Assembly (NCBI GenBank): GCA_050251875.1
Contig: JBFWMA010000008.1
Span: forward strand, 32,001-96,000
Length of the DNA stretch: 64,000 nucleotides
Direction of reading: 5' to 3'
Source: Deferribacterales bacterium
GTDB lineage: Bacteria > Chrysiogenota > Deferribacteres > Deferribacterales > Geovibrionaceae
The notes beneath the pieces were generated by a model. It was not told where the DNA came from, searched no databases, and saw only the letters and a program-made list of their open reading frames with translations. Below, one piece after another: positions 38,004-48,499 of this stretch; positions within the stretch are counted from its first letter, which is position 1, and each line of letters begins with the position of its first letter. A program made the position numbers and the translations under genes.

Positions 38004-41000
38004 GTGCAAACTAGATATACTTTTTACATTTTCGCTCTTTTTTTGATTTTGCTTTTCTTCTCTTTTAAATTCATCATCAATGTTGAGTTTGAACAGCAGA
38101 AGTATGTCGTCACTCATAATGAGGCAAATATGCTTCATGAGACGATGACAATCTTTCACAACGAAATCCATCAGATAGATCAGGATCTGTTCTATCTGAA
38201 ATATCTGGTGGAAGACGCCGTCAACAGCGGCAAAAGCCCCATCACTCTCAAGGGCGCCTTTCTTAATTTCGGCAAGGCGAAAAACAAATACGATCAGGTA
38301 CGCTATCTGAACAAGCTGGGGATGGAAGTAATCCGCATCAACAACATCAAGGGCTACGCCCAGGCTGTGGACGAGTGCGACCTTCAGAATAAATTCAAGC
38401 GATACTACTTCAGCGATACGTTCAGCCAGAAAAACAACAGCGTGTTCGTGTCTCCGCTGGATCTGAATATAGAGAACAACGAAATCGAGATACCTCATAA
38501 GCCCATGATAAGAATAGGCACCCCCGTGTTCAACAACAAGGGGGAGAAAATAGGCGTTGTCCTTTTAAACTATTATGGAAGCAGGATAAGCGAACTGCTT
38601 AAAGAACATTACGGCAAGTTCTATATGAACGAACACGGGCTGAATGTTCTTAACAGAGACGGCTACTGGCTGATATCAGACAACTATCAGAAAGATTTCG
38701 GCTTTATGCTGCCCCACGGACGCTCTTTCAGTAAAGAGAACCCGCAGGCATGGGAAGCGGTTAACTCATCGGAAGCCGGACAATATGAAAAGGACGGAAC
38801 GGTATATCTGTTCCACACATTCTATTTTTTAACAGCGAAACAGATGAGCAGTTCAGGGTCGCCCGCCCCATATCAGCCGAGCGCCGCGGATCTGAACAAC
38901 TCTGAGCAATACTGGAAACTGGTTAACGTCATAGACTCCTCTACTTTTGACGAAATAAGATCGAATATAATCATGAGCAAATTCCGTCAGATAGCCGTTC
39001 TTACCATGCTGGCGTTTATGCTGTCGGTCATCATCGCTTATCTGATAAAACAGAATAAAGAATATCTGCAAAAGCTCCGTGACAAAACAGCCGAGGCGGA
39101 ACAGGCGAGCCAGTTCAAGAGCAACTTTCTGGCGAACATGTCTCACGAGATACGCACCCCCATGAACGGCATAATAGGGCTCTGTTATCTGATGCAGAAA
39201 AACAATAAAGATCCCAAGCTGAAAGATTATCTAATAAAAATGGACAGATCCGCCAACCTGCTTCTGGGAATCATCAACGACATTCTGGATTTTTCCAAGA
39301 TAGAGGCGGGGATGCTGAAAGTCGAAAATATCAAATTCGACCTGGAAGAGGTTCTGGAAAACGTGGCTGGGCTCATCTCTCTGAAAACAGAGGAAAAAAA
39401 TCTGGAGCTGGTTTTCAACACATCTCCTGATGTCCCCAGATATCTGGTGGGCGACCCTCTGCGTCTGGGGCAGATTCTGATAAACATATGCAACAACGCC
39501 GTAAAGTTCACCAGCGTTGGCGAGATAGTCCTTTCCGTGGATGTTCTGGAGAAGACCGACACGAATATACATATAAAAATCTCCGTGAAGGATACTGGGA
39601 TAGGCATGAGTCAGGAGCAGATGAAAAAGATTTTTGTCGCTTTTGACCAGGCGGACAGCTCCGTCACCAGAAAATTCGGCGGAACTGGTCTGGGGCTTAC
39701 TATATGCAAAAACCTCAGCGAACTGATGGGCGGAACAATCGGTGTGGAGAGCGAGCCAGGAAAAGGAAGCACATTCTGGTTCACTGTGGTGCTCCAGCTT
39801 CCGCAGAAAGAGGAGAAAACGTCTCTGCTGGTCAGCGGCAGCTTCTCCGGCAAGAACGCACTGGTGGTAGATGACAACCCTGTCGCCAGAGATGTTTTCC
39901 ACAGCTATCTGGAAGTGATCGGTTTCGAGGCGGCTCAGGCATCCAACGGGCTGGAGGCGCTGGAAATCATAGTCGGCTCGGATGAGGACAAAATGCCCGA
40001 GCTGGTGCTCGTTGACTGGAACATGCCGGTGATGGACGGTCTGAATTTTATAAAAACGATTCAGAACAATCCCGTAATCGTAAAAAAACCGAAAATAATA
40101 CTCACCACAGCCTACGGCAGGGAAGATCTCGCCAATGAGCTGAGCAATACTCCCATTGACGGATTCCTGATAAAACCTATTACCCTGTCGTCACTCTTCG
40201 ACACTATTCTGGACATCTACAGTATGAACACAGATATTGCGTCTGAACCAAAAAAACAGTCGGGATATGAGGACTATACGGCTCTGTGGGGAGCGAAACT
40301 GCTTCTGGCGGAGGATTCCGAGATCAACCAGCAGATAGCCGTGGAGCTTCTGAGCGACCAGAAGATAGATGTGGACGTGGTGAACAACGGTATGGACGCC
40401 CTGCTAAAAGTGCAGACACGTCACTATGACGGGGTACTGATGGACGTGCAGATGCCCGGTATGGACGGATATGAGTCCACAAAAAAGATACGCCAGCTCG
40501 GCGGAATATACTCTGAAATCCCGATAATAGCCATGACGGCGAACACCATGTCCGGAGACAGGGAGCTCGCTCTGGATGCAGGCATGAACGACCACATATC
40601 CAAACCGATCAACGTGGACGAGATGTACAGAACCCTCGCCAGATATATAGTTCCGGCGAATCCTGTCACCCGTGGCGAACCGGAAAAACAGAAAGAAAAG
40701 CCAGCTCCGGAAAATATTCCGGACAAGCTGGACGGGCTCGATCTGGTCGGAGGCATAGCCAGGCTGAAAGGAGTCGCCGCGAACATAGGAGCGGCAGAGC
40801 TGAGCGCCGCCGCCAAAATTATAGAAGAGAGCTGTCTCACCAGAGATAAAGCAAACGATGACGATATACGGTCTATGGAAAACGAGCTGAAAACTGTTCT
40901 TCTGTCCATATCATCACTGCCCATAGACGACAGCCCGGAGGGCTCGGCTGAAAACACACCGGGAACAGACAGCGGAATGTTCGATGAGCTGGTGCAGATG

Positions 41001-41165
41001 GTGGCGCAGAATGACGCGGACGCTCTGGAGCTGGCGGAAGAGCTGGCGAAGCGAGCCTCAGAAAAGGATAAGCAGATATTGCGGAAAGCTCAGCAGTATC
41101 TGGACGTGTTCGATTTCAAGAACGCGTTGGAAACTCTGACAGACAATAAGTTGGGGGACAAATGA
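38004..41165 (+). CDS. Hybrid sensor histidine kinase (Cache-like periplasmic domain, HisKA, HATPase, two REC, defective Hpt-like tail)
   Basis: FLANMSHEIRTPMNG and TRKFGGTGLGL motifs, two REC domains. GTG 38004 with GGAG RBS. Confidence 0.92.
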   Translation: MQTRYTFYIFALFLILLFFSFKFIINVEFEQQKYVVTHNEANMLHETMTIFHNEIHQIDQDLFYLKYLVEDAVNSGKSPITLKGAFLNFGKAKNKYDQVRYLNKLGMEVIRINNIKGYAQAVDECDLQNKFKRYYFSDTFSQKNNSVFVSPLDLNIENNEIEIPHKPMIRIGTPVFNNKGEKIGVVLLNYYGSRISELLKEHYGKFYMNEHGLNVLNRDGYWLISDNYQKDFGFMLPHGRSFSKENPQAWEAVNSSEAGQYEKDGTVYLFHTFYFLTAKQMSSSGSPAPYQPSAADLNNSEQYWKLVNVIDSSTFDEIRSNIIMSKFRQIAVLTMLAFMLSVIIAYLIKQNKEYLQKLRDKTAEAEQASQFKSNFLANMSHEIRTPMNGIIGLCYLMQKNNKDPKLKDYLIKMDRSANLLLGIINDILDFSKIEAGMLKVENIKFDLEEVLENVAGLISLKTEEKNLELVFNTSPDVPRYLVGDPLRLGQILINICNNAVKFTSVGEIVLSVDVLEKTDTNIHIKISVKDTGIGMSQEQMKKIFVAFDQADSSVTRKFGGTGLGLTICKNLSELMGGTIGVESEPGKGSTFWFTVVLQLPQKEEKTSLLVSGSFSGKNALVVDDNPVARDVFHSYLEVIGFEAAQASNGLEALEIIVGSDEDKMPELVLVDWNMPVMDGLNFIKTIQNNPVIVKKPKIILTTAYGREDLANELSNTPIDGFLIKPITLSSLFDTILDIYSMNTDIASEPKKQSGYEDYTALWGAKLLLAEDSEINQQIAVELLSDQKIDVDVVNNGMDALLKVQTRHYDGVLMDVQMPGMDGYESTKKIRQLGGIYSEIPIIAMTANTMSGDRELALDAGMNDHISKPINVDEMYRTLARYIVPANPVTRGEPEKQKEKPAPENIPDKLDGLDLVGGIARLKGVAANIGAAELSAAAKIIEESCLTRDKANDDDIRSMENELKTVLLSISSLPIDDSPEGSAENTPGTDSGMFDELVQMVAQNDADALELAEELAKRASEKDKQILRKAQQYLDVFDFKNALETLTDNKLGDK

Positions 41166-43045
41166 GCGGAAAAGGAAAAATCCTTGTAGTAGATGACGCG
41201 CCGGAGAATGTGCATATTCTGCTTAATATTCTTAAACATGATTTTAAGGTATTCGTTGCCACAAGCGGCATAGACGCTCTTAAAATGGCGGAAGAAACCG
41301 ATCCGGATATAATTCTGCTCGATATTATGATGCCTGAGATGGACGGATACGAAGTCGTATCCCGACTGAAAAGCAACCCGTCCACAGACATGATCCCCGT
41401 CATGTTCATAACATCCCTCAGCGAAATAGAAGAGGAGCTGAAAGGGCTCTCCATGGGTGTTGTGGACTATATCACAAAACCTTTTCATCCGGAGCTGGTT
41501 AAGCTGAGGGTGGAGAGGCATATGGAGCTGAACGCCTACAGAAAACATCTCAGCGACATTATCCACGACAAAACACAGGAACTGGAACAGGTAAACAGGA
41601 GCAAAAACCTCCTGCAATCCGTTATGATAGAGAGTCTGGGAACTCTGGCGGAATACAGAGACCCGGAAACAGGCGGACATATCAAAAGAACCCAGAGCTA
41701 TATAAAGGCTCTGGCGAGACACCTGAAAAAAAAGGGCAAGTTCACCGATATGCTCACCGAGGAATACATCGGTCTGCTCTATCTGTCCGCCCCTCTGCAC
41801 GATGTGGGCAAGGTGGGGGTGCACGACAGCATCCTGCAAAAGCCGGACAGGCTCACGGATGAAGAGTTCGAGGAGATGAAACGGCACACCATATATGGAT
41901 ACAACGCTCTGCGCAAGGCGGAGATAAGACTCGGAAAAAACTCGTTCATCAATGTGGCGATGAAGATAGCCTATACCCACCACGAAAGATGGGACGGCTC
42001 AGGATATCCGCAGGGGCTGAAAGGAGACTCCATACCCCTGTCCGGAAGACTAATGGCTATAGCCGATGTTTATGACGCCCTGATAAGCAAAAGAGTGTAT
42101 AAAGATCCGTTCTCCCACGAGAAGGCGTGCGATATCATAATTAACGGCGACGGGCGCACCATGCCCTCCCATTTCGACCCAGACATATTGGAAGCGTTCT
42201 CAGAGATAGAGCCTCTGTTCAGAAATATCGCCGTCACCTTCGCTGACTATGAGGAGGAGAGACATATTCTGGAGGGAGGAGACATTCAGCCCGGCGAAAG
42301 CATGAAGCAGATCAACAGTATTCTGCTCGTGGAGGATCACGAGATAAACATGGCTGTGATGAAGGCACAGCTGGGCGAGCTGGGATACAGGATAGATTCC
42401 GCCGTTAACGGGCTGGAGGCTCTGCGTCTTTTGAAGGTCAGGGATGTCGATCTGATTCTGACCGACCTGAACATGCCCGTGATGGACGGATATACTCTGG
42501 TGAAAACTCTCCGGGATGAAGGCAGCGAAATACCTGTTCTGGCTATCACCAGCAACGATTACGACATGAACAATACGAAGGCGAAGGAGCTGGGATTCAA
42601 CGGATATCTGCTAAAGCCCATCGAAGAGGATGTCTTTCAGTCAAAGATATATCAGATAAGCAATTTCGGCGATACCCATCACGATGATGAACCCGTGCTG
42701 ACCTTCACTGATGACAGGATCATAGATTTCTCCTTCATAGAAGATCTGGCGCCGGAGAGGGACAAGGCGGTCATTTTTATGAACGAATATCTGGAATCTA
42801 ACAAAACGGACTATGAACAGCTGGTTCTGGCATCGCAGACACAGAATCCGGAATGTGTCAGAAAAGCGGCGCACAGGCTTAAGAGCTCTGCGAATATGTT
42901 CGGAGCGGACAGGCTGTCTTTCATATGCAACCAGATAGAGACTGCCGCCATGAAAGGAGAGCTGGATAATCTGGCGGAAGACCTGGACACGGTAAATATG
43001 AAAATAGTCGAAATAGCGGTTGAGGTGGGAAAATATTATGAATAA
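41162..43045 (+). CDS. REC-HD-GYP-REC-Hpt c-di-GMP phosphodiesterase response regulator
   Basis: ETGGHI, LHDVGK, HHERWDGSGYP, second REC, AAHRLKSSA Hpt. Confidence 0.9.
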   Translation: MSGKGKILVVDDAPENVHILLNILKHDFKVFVATSGIDALKMAEETDPDIILLDIMMPEMDGYEVVSRLKSNPSTDMIPVMFITSLSEIEEELKGLSMGVVDYITKPFHPELVKLRVERHMELNAYRKHLSDIIHDKTQELEQVNRSKNLLQSVMIESLGTLAEYRDPETGGHIKRTQSYIKALARHLKKKGKFTDMLTEEYIGLLYLSAPLHDVGKVGVHDSILQKPDRLTDEEFEEMKRHTIYGYNALRKAEIRLGKNSFINVAMKIAYTHHERWDGSGYPQGLKGDSIPLSGRLMAIADVYDALISKRVYKDPFSHEKACDIIINGDGRTMPSHFDPDILEAFSEIEPLFRNIAVTFADYEEERHILEGGDIQPGESMKQINSILLVEDHEINMAVMKAQLGELGYRIDSAVNGLEALRLLKVRDVDLILTDLNMPVMDGYTLVKTLRDEGSEIPVLAITSNDYDMNNTKAKELGFNGYLLKPIEEDVFQSKIYQISNFGDTHHDDEPVLTFTDDRIIDFSFIEDLAPERDKAVIFMNEYLESNKTDYEQLVLASQTQNPECVRKAAHRLKSSANMFGADRLSFICNQIETAAMKGELDNLAEDLDTVNMKIVEIAVEVGKYYE

Positions 43046-43724
43046 CAGAAAAAACTTAAGAGTTCTGGTGGTTGACGACCATATGATGATTCTGAAAGCG
43101 ATATCTGGGCTTCTGACATCCGCCGGAATAGAAAACGTGACACAGGCGACCAGCGCCGAAAACGCTATTTTCATGTTTCAGAACAAGGTGTTCGACCTGA
43201 TAATCAGCGACATAGACATGGAGGATATCAACGGGCTGGAACTCCTGAAACTTGTCCGTACAAACAGAACCGCCGCCGACCCGAACACTGCCTTCATCAT
43301 CCTGACATCCCACGCCAACACCACAGCCATAGGGATAGCTATCGCTCTGGATGTGAACGGTTTTCTCGTAAAACCCACCAACCTTAACCAGATTTTTGAC
43401 AAAATAGACGCCGCCATGAACAGCAGGTTCAAAGCGAAATCGCCCATCGCCTATGATCTGATATCAACTGATCTTGTCGCCCAGGAAAGACTGATGCAGG
43501 AAAAGATAAAAGCCAGCACAGAAAAGCCTAAGCTGAGCAATTTTGTTCTGGATATCAGTATAAATGACGTGAATCCAGGCATGATCCTCTACCATGACGT
43601 GATGCACAAAAACGGCAAAATAATCATCCCGAAGGGACACTGCTTCACATATGCCTCAAGGGACAGGCTGGTAGAGCTGTCAGATCAGCTCGGATCCGCC
43701 ACAGTGCTGATAAAAATCAAATAA
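43038..43724 (+). CDS. Response regulator (REC plus short C-terminal domain)
   Basis: VLVVDD, IISD, KP motifs; C-terminal VNPGMILYHDV segment. Confidence 0.85.
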   Translation: MNNRKNLRVLVVDDHMMILKAISGLLTSAGIENVTQATSAENAIFMFQNKVFDLIISDIDMEDINGLELLKLVRTNRTAADPNTAFIILTSHANTTAIGIAIALDVNGFLVKPTNLNQIFDKIDAAMNSRFKAKSPIAYDLISTDLVAQERLMQEKIKASTEKPKLSNFVLDISINDVNPGMILYHDVMHKNGKIIIPKGHCFTYASRDRLVELSDQLGSATVLIKIK

Positions 43725-44315
43725 TCAGATCACCAGATGCGCCGCCACTGTCCACATGGTGAGCGCCACGAACACATCCAGCATACGCCAGACTATGGGT
43801 CTGGCGAACACTTTCGACATCATGGCCGAAAAGCCCACCAGCAGAAAAAACCACATAACAGAGGCAGTTGAGGCGCCCAGACCGAAGAGATACTTATCCT
43901 GATACTGAGCGCTGATGCTGCCCAATAGAACCACGGTGTCCAGGTACATGTGGGGATTAAGCAGAGTCACGGCAAGTGTTGCCAGAATGAGCCTGCGCAC
44001 GTTCGTATCTGCGGCATCGCCGGTTCTAAGTGACTGTTCTTTGAAAGCTGACATGAGCGATCTGAAACCGTATATAAACAAAAACACCGCTCCGCCGTAT
44101 GCCGCTGTTTTCAGCAGATACTGATTGGATGCCACCAGCGACCCCACACCAGCCACGCCCAGCATTATGAAAAACACATCAAACGCGGCGCAGATCAGCG
44201 CTATCTTGAAATGATGATTCTTCTTAACCCCGTTAGTCAGAACAAAGGCGTTCTGCGCTCCGATGGCTATGATAAGTCCCGCTCCGGTGGAAAATCCGCT
44301 TAAATACGCTGTCAT
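43725..44315 (-). CDS. argO: LysE/ArgO amino acid exporter
   Basis: IAIGAQNAFVL and TLLNPHMYLDT motifs; divergent from argP. Confidence 0.85.
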   Translation of the reverse strand: MTAYLSGFSTGAGLIIAIGAQNAFVLTNGVKKNHHFKIALICAAFDVFFIMLGVAGVGSLVASNQYLLKTAAYGGAVFLFIYGFRSLMSAFKEQSLRTGDAADTNVRRLILATLAVTLLNPHMYLDTVVLLGSISAQYQDKYLFGLGASTASVMWFFLLVGFSAMMSKVFARPIVWRMLDVFVALTMWTVAAHLVI

Positions 44316-44384
44316 ATCGCTCTCCTTGTGATGGAAAGATATACCGCCGGAATTTAAAAGTAAAATTAATTGTTTTTATAATAC

Positions 44385-44399
44385 ATTAGTTATGCTAAT
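44385..44399. promoter_or_regulatory. Putative LysR (ArgP) operator
   Basis: ATTAG-TTATG-CTAAT palindrome (T-N11-A) between divergent argO and argP. Confidence 0.55.
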
Positions 44400-44406
44400 A
44401 TTCCAT

Positions 44407-45279
44407 ATGGACTATAAACTACTGGAAGCCTTCGCCGCCGTGGTGGAATACGGCGGGTTCGAGAAGGCGGCGGACAAACTATGCGTGACACAGTCCGCCG
44501 TGTCGCAAAAGATAAAACAGCTCGAAGAACAGTCGAAATCCGTTCTTCTGGTGCGTTCCACACCGCCTGTCCCCACCGAGACAGGCAAGATTCTGATAGC
44601 GCACTATAACAAAGTGAAACTGCTGGAGAGCGACATGGAGCATGCCCTGCACTCCGGCGAGGACGAGTTCGTCAGCCTGTGCGTGGGGCTGAACGCCGAC
44701 ACGCTCGCCACATGGTTTTTCGATGCCGTGGCTGAAACCTCCATGAAAAACAACATCCTGCTGAGCCTCCGGGTGGACGATCAGGAGGAGACCCACAGAC
44801 TGCTGAAAGACGGCGAAGCCGCCGGATGTATCAGCACCAGAAGCAAGCCCATGCAGGGGTGCAGTGTCACATATCTTGGCGTGACAACCTACCGGATGTA
44901 TGTCGCCCCGCATAAACAGGCTGAGTTTTTTCCGGATGGGTTCACGGCGGAAGCTCTGAAAAAAGTCCCACTGATAGTCTATAACAACAAAGACACACTG
45001 CATCTTCAGCTGTTCAAAGAGGCTTTCGGGCATAAAACACCTGACTATCACGCCCACTATATACCGTCCGTGGAAAAATATCTGGACGCCGTCATCAGAG
45101 GCATGGGAATCGGGATGATGCCCCACCATCAGTGCGACCAGCTCCTGAAAGAAAAAAAGCTCGCTGACGCCGCCTCTCCGCACCGTGTGGAGACGCCTCT
45201 CTATTGGCACAGATGGAACATACGCTCAAAACCTTTGGACATAATCTCTAAATCACTTCTAGACTTCTGCCGCAGATAA
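44407..45279 (+). CDS. argP: LysR family regulator ArgP
   Basis: FEKAADKLCVTQSAVSQ, NADTLATW and LYWHRW motifs typical of ArgP/LysG. Confidence 0.88.
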   Translation: MDYKLLEAFAAVVEYGGFEKAADKLCVTQSAVSQKIKQLEEQSKSVLLVRSTPPVPTETGKILIAHYNKVKLLESDMEHALHSGEDEFVSLCVGLNADTLATWFFDAVAETSMKNNILLSLRVDDQEETHRLLKDGEAAGCISTRSKPMQGCSVTYLGVTTYRMYVAPHKQAEFFPDGFTAEALKKVPLIVYNNKDTLHLQLFKEAFGHKTPDYHAHYIPSVEKYLDAVIRGMGIGMMPHHQCDQLLKEKKLADAASPHRVETPLYWHRWNIRSKPLDIISKSLLDFCRR

Positions 45280-45320
45280 AGCTATTATCCGCTAATGATT
45301 AAATGATTATGAGGGAGACA

Positions 45321-46343
45321 ATGAACATTCACGATATTATGAAAAAAACCGCCGCTCAGGAAGCGTTCACACACGAAGAAGTGGTGAAAATGCTCTCTAT
45401 CGACCCTAAGTCCAGAGACGCCGCCCTGCTGATAGGCGAGGCTTCCAGAATATCCAGAGAGCTCACCGACAACACTGCCGAGGTACACGGACAGTTTGCC
45501 CTGAACCTCTCACCCTGCCCCGTTAACTGTGAATTCTGCGCCTTCTCATCCAGCTACGGCATTTTTAAAGAGAAAAAAGAGCTGACCGTGGAAGAGTGCG
45601 CGGCATATGCCAAAGGATTTGACGATACACCCGAGAACGCTTCAGTGTTTCTCATGACAACCGCAAATTACGACTTCGGAAAGCTGATAGAGATCGCTCA
45701 GGAAGTTAAAAAGATATTAAGACCCGATACACAGATGATAGCCAACGTGGGCGATATGTCCCCTGAAAAGGCTAAAAAAATGAAAGACGCCGGATTCCAC
45801 GGCGCATACCACGCCATCCGCATGGGCGAAGGCGACAAAACCAAAGCCCCTGTGAAACAGCGCCTGTCTACCATCAGAGGTTTTCAGGAAGCAGGACTGA
45901 TCGTGGGCACATGTGTGGAGCCTGTGGGTCCTGAACACACCAACGATGAGATAGCGGAAAAAATACTGCTGGCGGCTTCATTCGACCCGGCTTTCAGCGG
46001 AGCAATGAGACGCATCACCATCCCCGGTTCGACTCTGGAAAAACACGGGATGATCTCCGAACTGCGTCTGGCGCAGATAGTGGCAGTCACCAGAATAGCC
46101 ACACCCTTCAGCGTTAAGGGCAACTGCACACACGAACCGAACGTTCTGGGAGCGTGTTCCGGCGCTAACCTCTTCTGGGCAGAGGTGGGCGGAAACCCCA
46201 GAGACACCACAGACAAAACAGAGGAAGGCAGAGGCGTTTCCGTGGGCGACTGCGCAAACCTGCTGAGAGAGGCCGACTGGAAAGTTTCCACAGCCCCATC
46301 CTCATACTATAATAAAAAGCACGCAAAATTAGCTGAATATTAA
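45321..46343 (+). CDS. Radical SAM protein, BioB/HydE-like fold, function unknown
   Basis: CPVNCEFC (CxxxCxxC); about 340 aa; GANLFWAE C-terminal segment. Confidence 0.8.
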   Translation: MNIHDIMKKTAAQEAFTHEEVVKMLSIDPKSRDAALLIGEASRISRELTDNTAEVHGQFALNLSPCPVNCEFCAFSSSYGIFKEKKELTVEECAAYAKGFDDTPENASVFLMTTANYDFGKLIEIAQEVKKILRPDTQMIANVGDMSPEKAKKMKDAGFHGAYHAIRMGEGDKTKAPVKQRLSTIRGFQEAGLIVGTCVEPVGPEHTNDEIAEKILLAASFDPAFSGAMRRITIPGSTLEKHGMISELRLAQIVAVTRIATPFSVKGNCTHEPNVLGACSGANLFWAEVGGNPRDTTDKTEEGRGVSVGDCANLLREADWKVSTAPSSYYNKKHAKLAEY

Positions 46344-46351
46344 GGTGAGAA

Positions 46352-46978
46352 ATGCTTGAGCTCGATCAGATAATCCTGTTCGCTTCCACATCGCTGCTTC
46401 TGGCGGCGGCTCCCGGTCCAGACATCATCTATGTCATCACCCGTGGGCTGACGCAGGGCAGAAACGCCGGACTGGCGGCGGCGGCTGGATTCTCTCTGGG
46501 CAATATAGCGCACACCACATTCGCCATAGTGGGGCTGTCCGCCGTCATCAGAGCCAGCGCCATAGCCTTCACCGTGATAAAGATAGCCGGAGCGCTGTAT
46601 CTGATATACATAGGCTTCAGGATATTCTCCAGCAAATCCGCAAGCAATGCGGAGAAGGATGATAAGCTCCTGTCGGCTAAAGCTATATTCATCCAGAGCG
46701 TCACAGCGAACATACTCAATCCGAAAGTGGCGATATTTTTTATCGCCTTTTTTCCTCAGTTCATAAAACCACAGAACGGACATCCTGCAATACAGATGGC
46801 TCTTCTGGGGCTGGTTTTTATCGTGTGCACCTTCATAGTCTTTTCCGTGTGCGCCCTTTTCAGCGGACAGATAGGCGAAGGGCTTAAAAAAAGCAAGGGC
46901 GCCGGTCTGCTCAATAAGCTTGCCGGAGCCGTGCTGATGGGGCTCGGCGTACTGCTCGCCGTGTCGAAAAGAGCATGA
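46352..46978 (+). CDS. LysE/RhtB family translocator
   Basis: APGPD, GALYLIYIG and NILNPKVAIFF motifs. Confidence 0.9.
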   Translation: MLELDQIILFASTSLLLAAAPGPDIIYVITRGLTQGRNAGLAAAAGFSLGNIAHTTFAIVGLSAVIRASAIAFTVIKIAGALYLIYIGFRIFSSKSASNAEKDDKLLSAKAIFIQSVTANILNPKVAIFFIAFFPQFIKPQNGHPAIQMALLGLVFIVCTFIVFSVCALFSGQIGEGLKKSKGAGLLNKLAGAVLMGLGVLLAVSKRA

Positions 46979-47772
46979 CAGACCTGATATCCACCGAAAC
47001 CGGAGAGAAAGGCGCCAGAGTCGTCACCGGGATATTCGGCAGACACAGCTTTCCCATGCACAGCCACACTGATTTTGCCCTGTGCGTGGTGGAGAACGGG
47101 CTTCAGGGATTCACATCCAGAACATCCAAAGCCGTTCTGCACAAAGGTTGCTTCGCCAGCGTAAACCCGGGCGATCTCCATAACGGATACAACGCCGGAA
47201 CGGACGGGTGGCGTCAGCATGTTCTGTTCTTCACCAATGAAAACACAGCTAAATTCATCTCTGAAAATAATATTAAAAAATATGACTTCGCATTCAGCAG
47301 AAATACTTCTGACAACACGGTAATTGCTGAAATAATCACTGAAAAAATATCCTCTGTATCCTCATCGGAAAACCTGCTGAAAAAGCAGTGTCTGTTCGAG
47401 GAGATAATGGCTCTCCTGCATTACAGAGAGAAAATATTCAGCCCTTCCAAAGCCGTTAAGACAGGATCAGTAAGACGTTCCGTTGAAAAGATGTCGGACG
47501 CTCCGGAAGAGAGGCACTCTCTGGACGATCTGGCAAAACTCTCCGGCATGAGCAGGTTTCATTTTCTGCGCAGTTTCAGACAGTCCACAGGACTGACACC
47601 CCACGCCTATCTGACCCAGCTCAGGCTGGACAAGGCGTTCAGGCTTCTGATCTCCACAGATATGCCGCTGTCCCGCATAGCCGCGGAGTGCGGATACTGC
47701 GACCAGCCCCACTTTGTGCGCAGTTTTAAAAAGCTGTGGGGAACAACACCCGGAAGCATCAAAAGAAAATAG
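46975..47772 (+). CDS. AraC family transcriptional regulator
   Basis: Cupin FPMHSH; C-terminal SRFHFLRSF...GYCDQPHF. Confidence 0.92.
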   Translation: MTDLISTETGEKGARVVTGIFGRHSFPMHSHTDFALCVVENGLQGFTSRTSKAVLHKGCFASVNPGDLHNGYNAGTDGWRQHVLFFTNENTAKFISENNIKKYDFAFSRNTSDNTVIAEIITEKISSVSSSENLLKKQCLFEEIMALLHYREKIFSPSKAVKTGSVRRSVEKMSDAPEERHSLDDLAKLSGMSRFHFLRSFRQSTGLTPHAYLTQLRLDKAFRLLISTDMPLSRIAAECGYCDQPHFVRSFKKLWGTTPGSIKRK

Positions 47773-47818
47773 CAATTTTTTTCAATACCTCCCCGCTTTT
47801 TCAGATATAATAACCGGC

Positions 47819-48499
47819 ATGAGCACAAATATTCAGGCATTCAAACGTGGATTTATAGACGGTTTTCCCATCGCGCTGGGCGTATCCGCCTACGGCGCTG
47901 TTTACGGCATGCTCACCAGAGGCGTTCTGACGGACGCCGAGACAGCAATGTCCTGTCTGGTGGTTTTTGCCGGAGTATCGCAGATCATGGCGGTCAGCAT
48001 GTGGCTGCATCCCCTGCCCATATTCGCCATCGTCCTCTCCACGTTCATCGTAAACATCCGCCACGTCCTCATGGGCGCTTCGATATATCCCTATGCCGAG
48101 AAGGAGAAGAGATGGGTCAGCTATCTTTCTCTGTTTTTCATGACGGACGAAAGCTGGGCCGTGAGCATGGGCAGAATGGGCAAAACATCCGAACGGGTGG
48201 GATATCTCGCCGGGTCCGGTGTGGTGCTCTACATCCTGTGGTTCACCGCCAGCATGCTGGGCAGGCAGATCGGCGGATATATTCCGTCTCCGGAGAAACT
48301 GGGCATAGATTTCGCCCTGACGGCTGTCTTTCTGACTATGGCAGTGTCCGGCGTCAGAGGACGCAAGGATATCCCCGTGATAATCACAGCGGTGATAGTC
48401 GCATGGCTGTTCGAGCATTATGTCGGCGGAAAATGGTATATTCTGGCGGGCGGTTTAGCCGGCGGATTTACGGCGTGGGTGACATATGGACAGGATTAG
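47819..48499 (+). CDS. azlC: AzlC family branched-chain amino acid exporter
   Basis: VFAGVSQ, NIRHVLMG and MTDESWA motifs. Confidence 0.88.
   Translation: MSTNIQAFKRGFIDGFPIALGVSAYGAVYGMLTRGVLTDAETAMSCLVVFAGVSQIMAVSMWLHPLPIFAIVLSTFIVNIRHVLMGASIYPYAEKEKRWVSYLSLFFMTDESWAVSMGRMGKTSERVGYLAGSGVVLYILWFTASMLGRQIGGYIPSPEKLGIDFALTAVFLTMAVSGVRGRKDIPVIITAVIVAWLFEHYVGGKWYILAGGLAGGFTAWVTYGQD

Noticed and set aside
41090..41983. 297-aa minus-strand ORF and similar long antisense ORFs (52836-53729, 59897-60688, 5830-6639)
   Set aside because: They lie opposite well-supported genes, as expected from codon bias.
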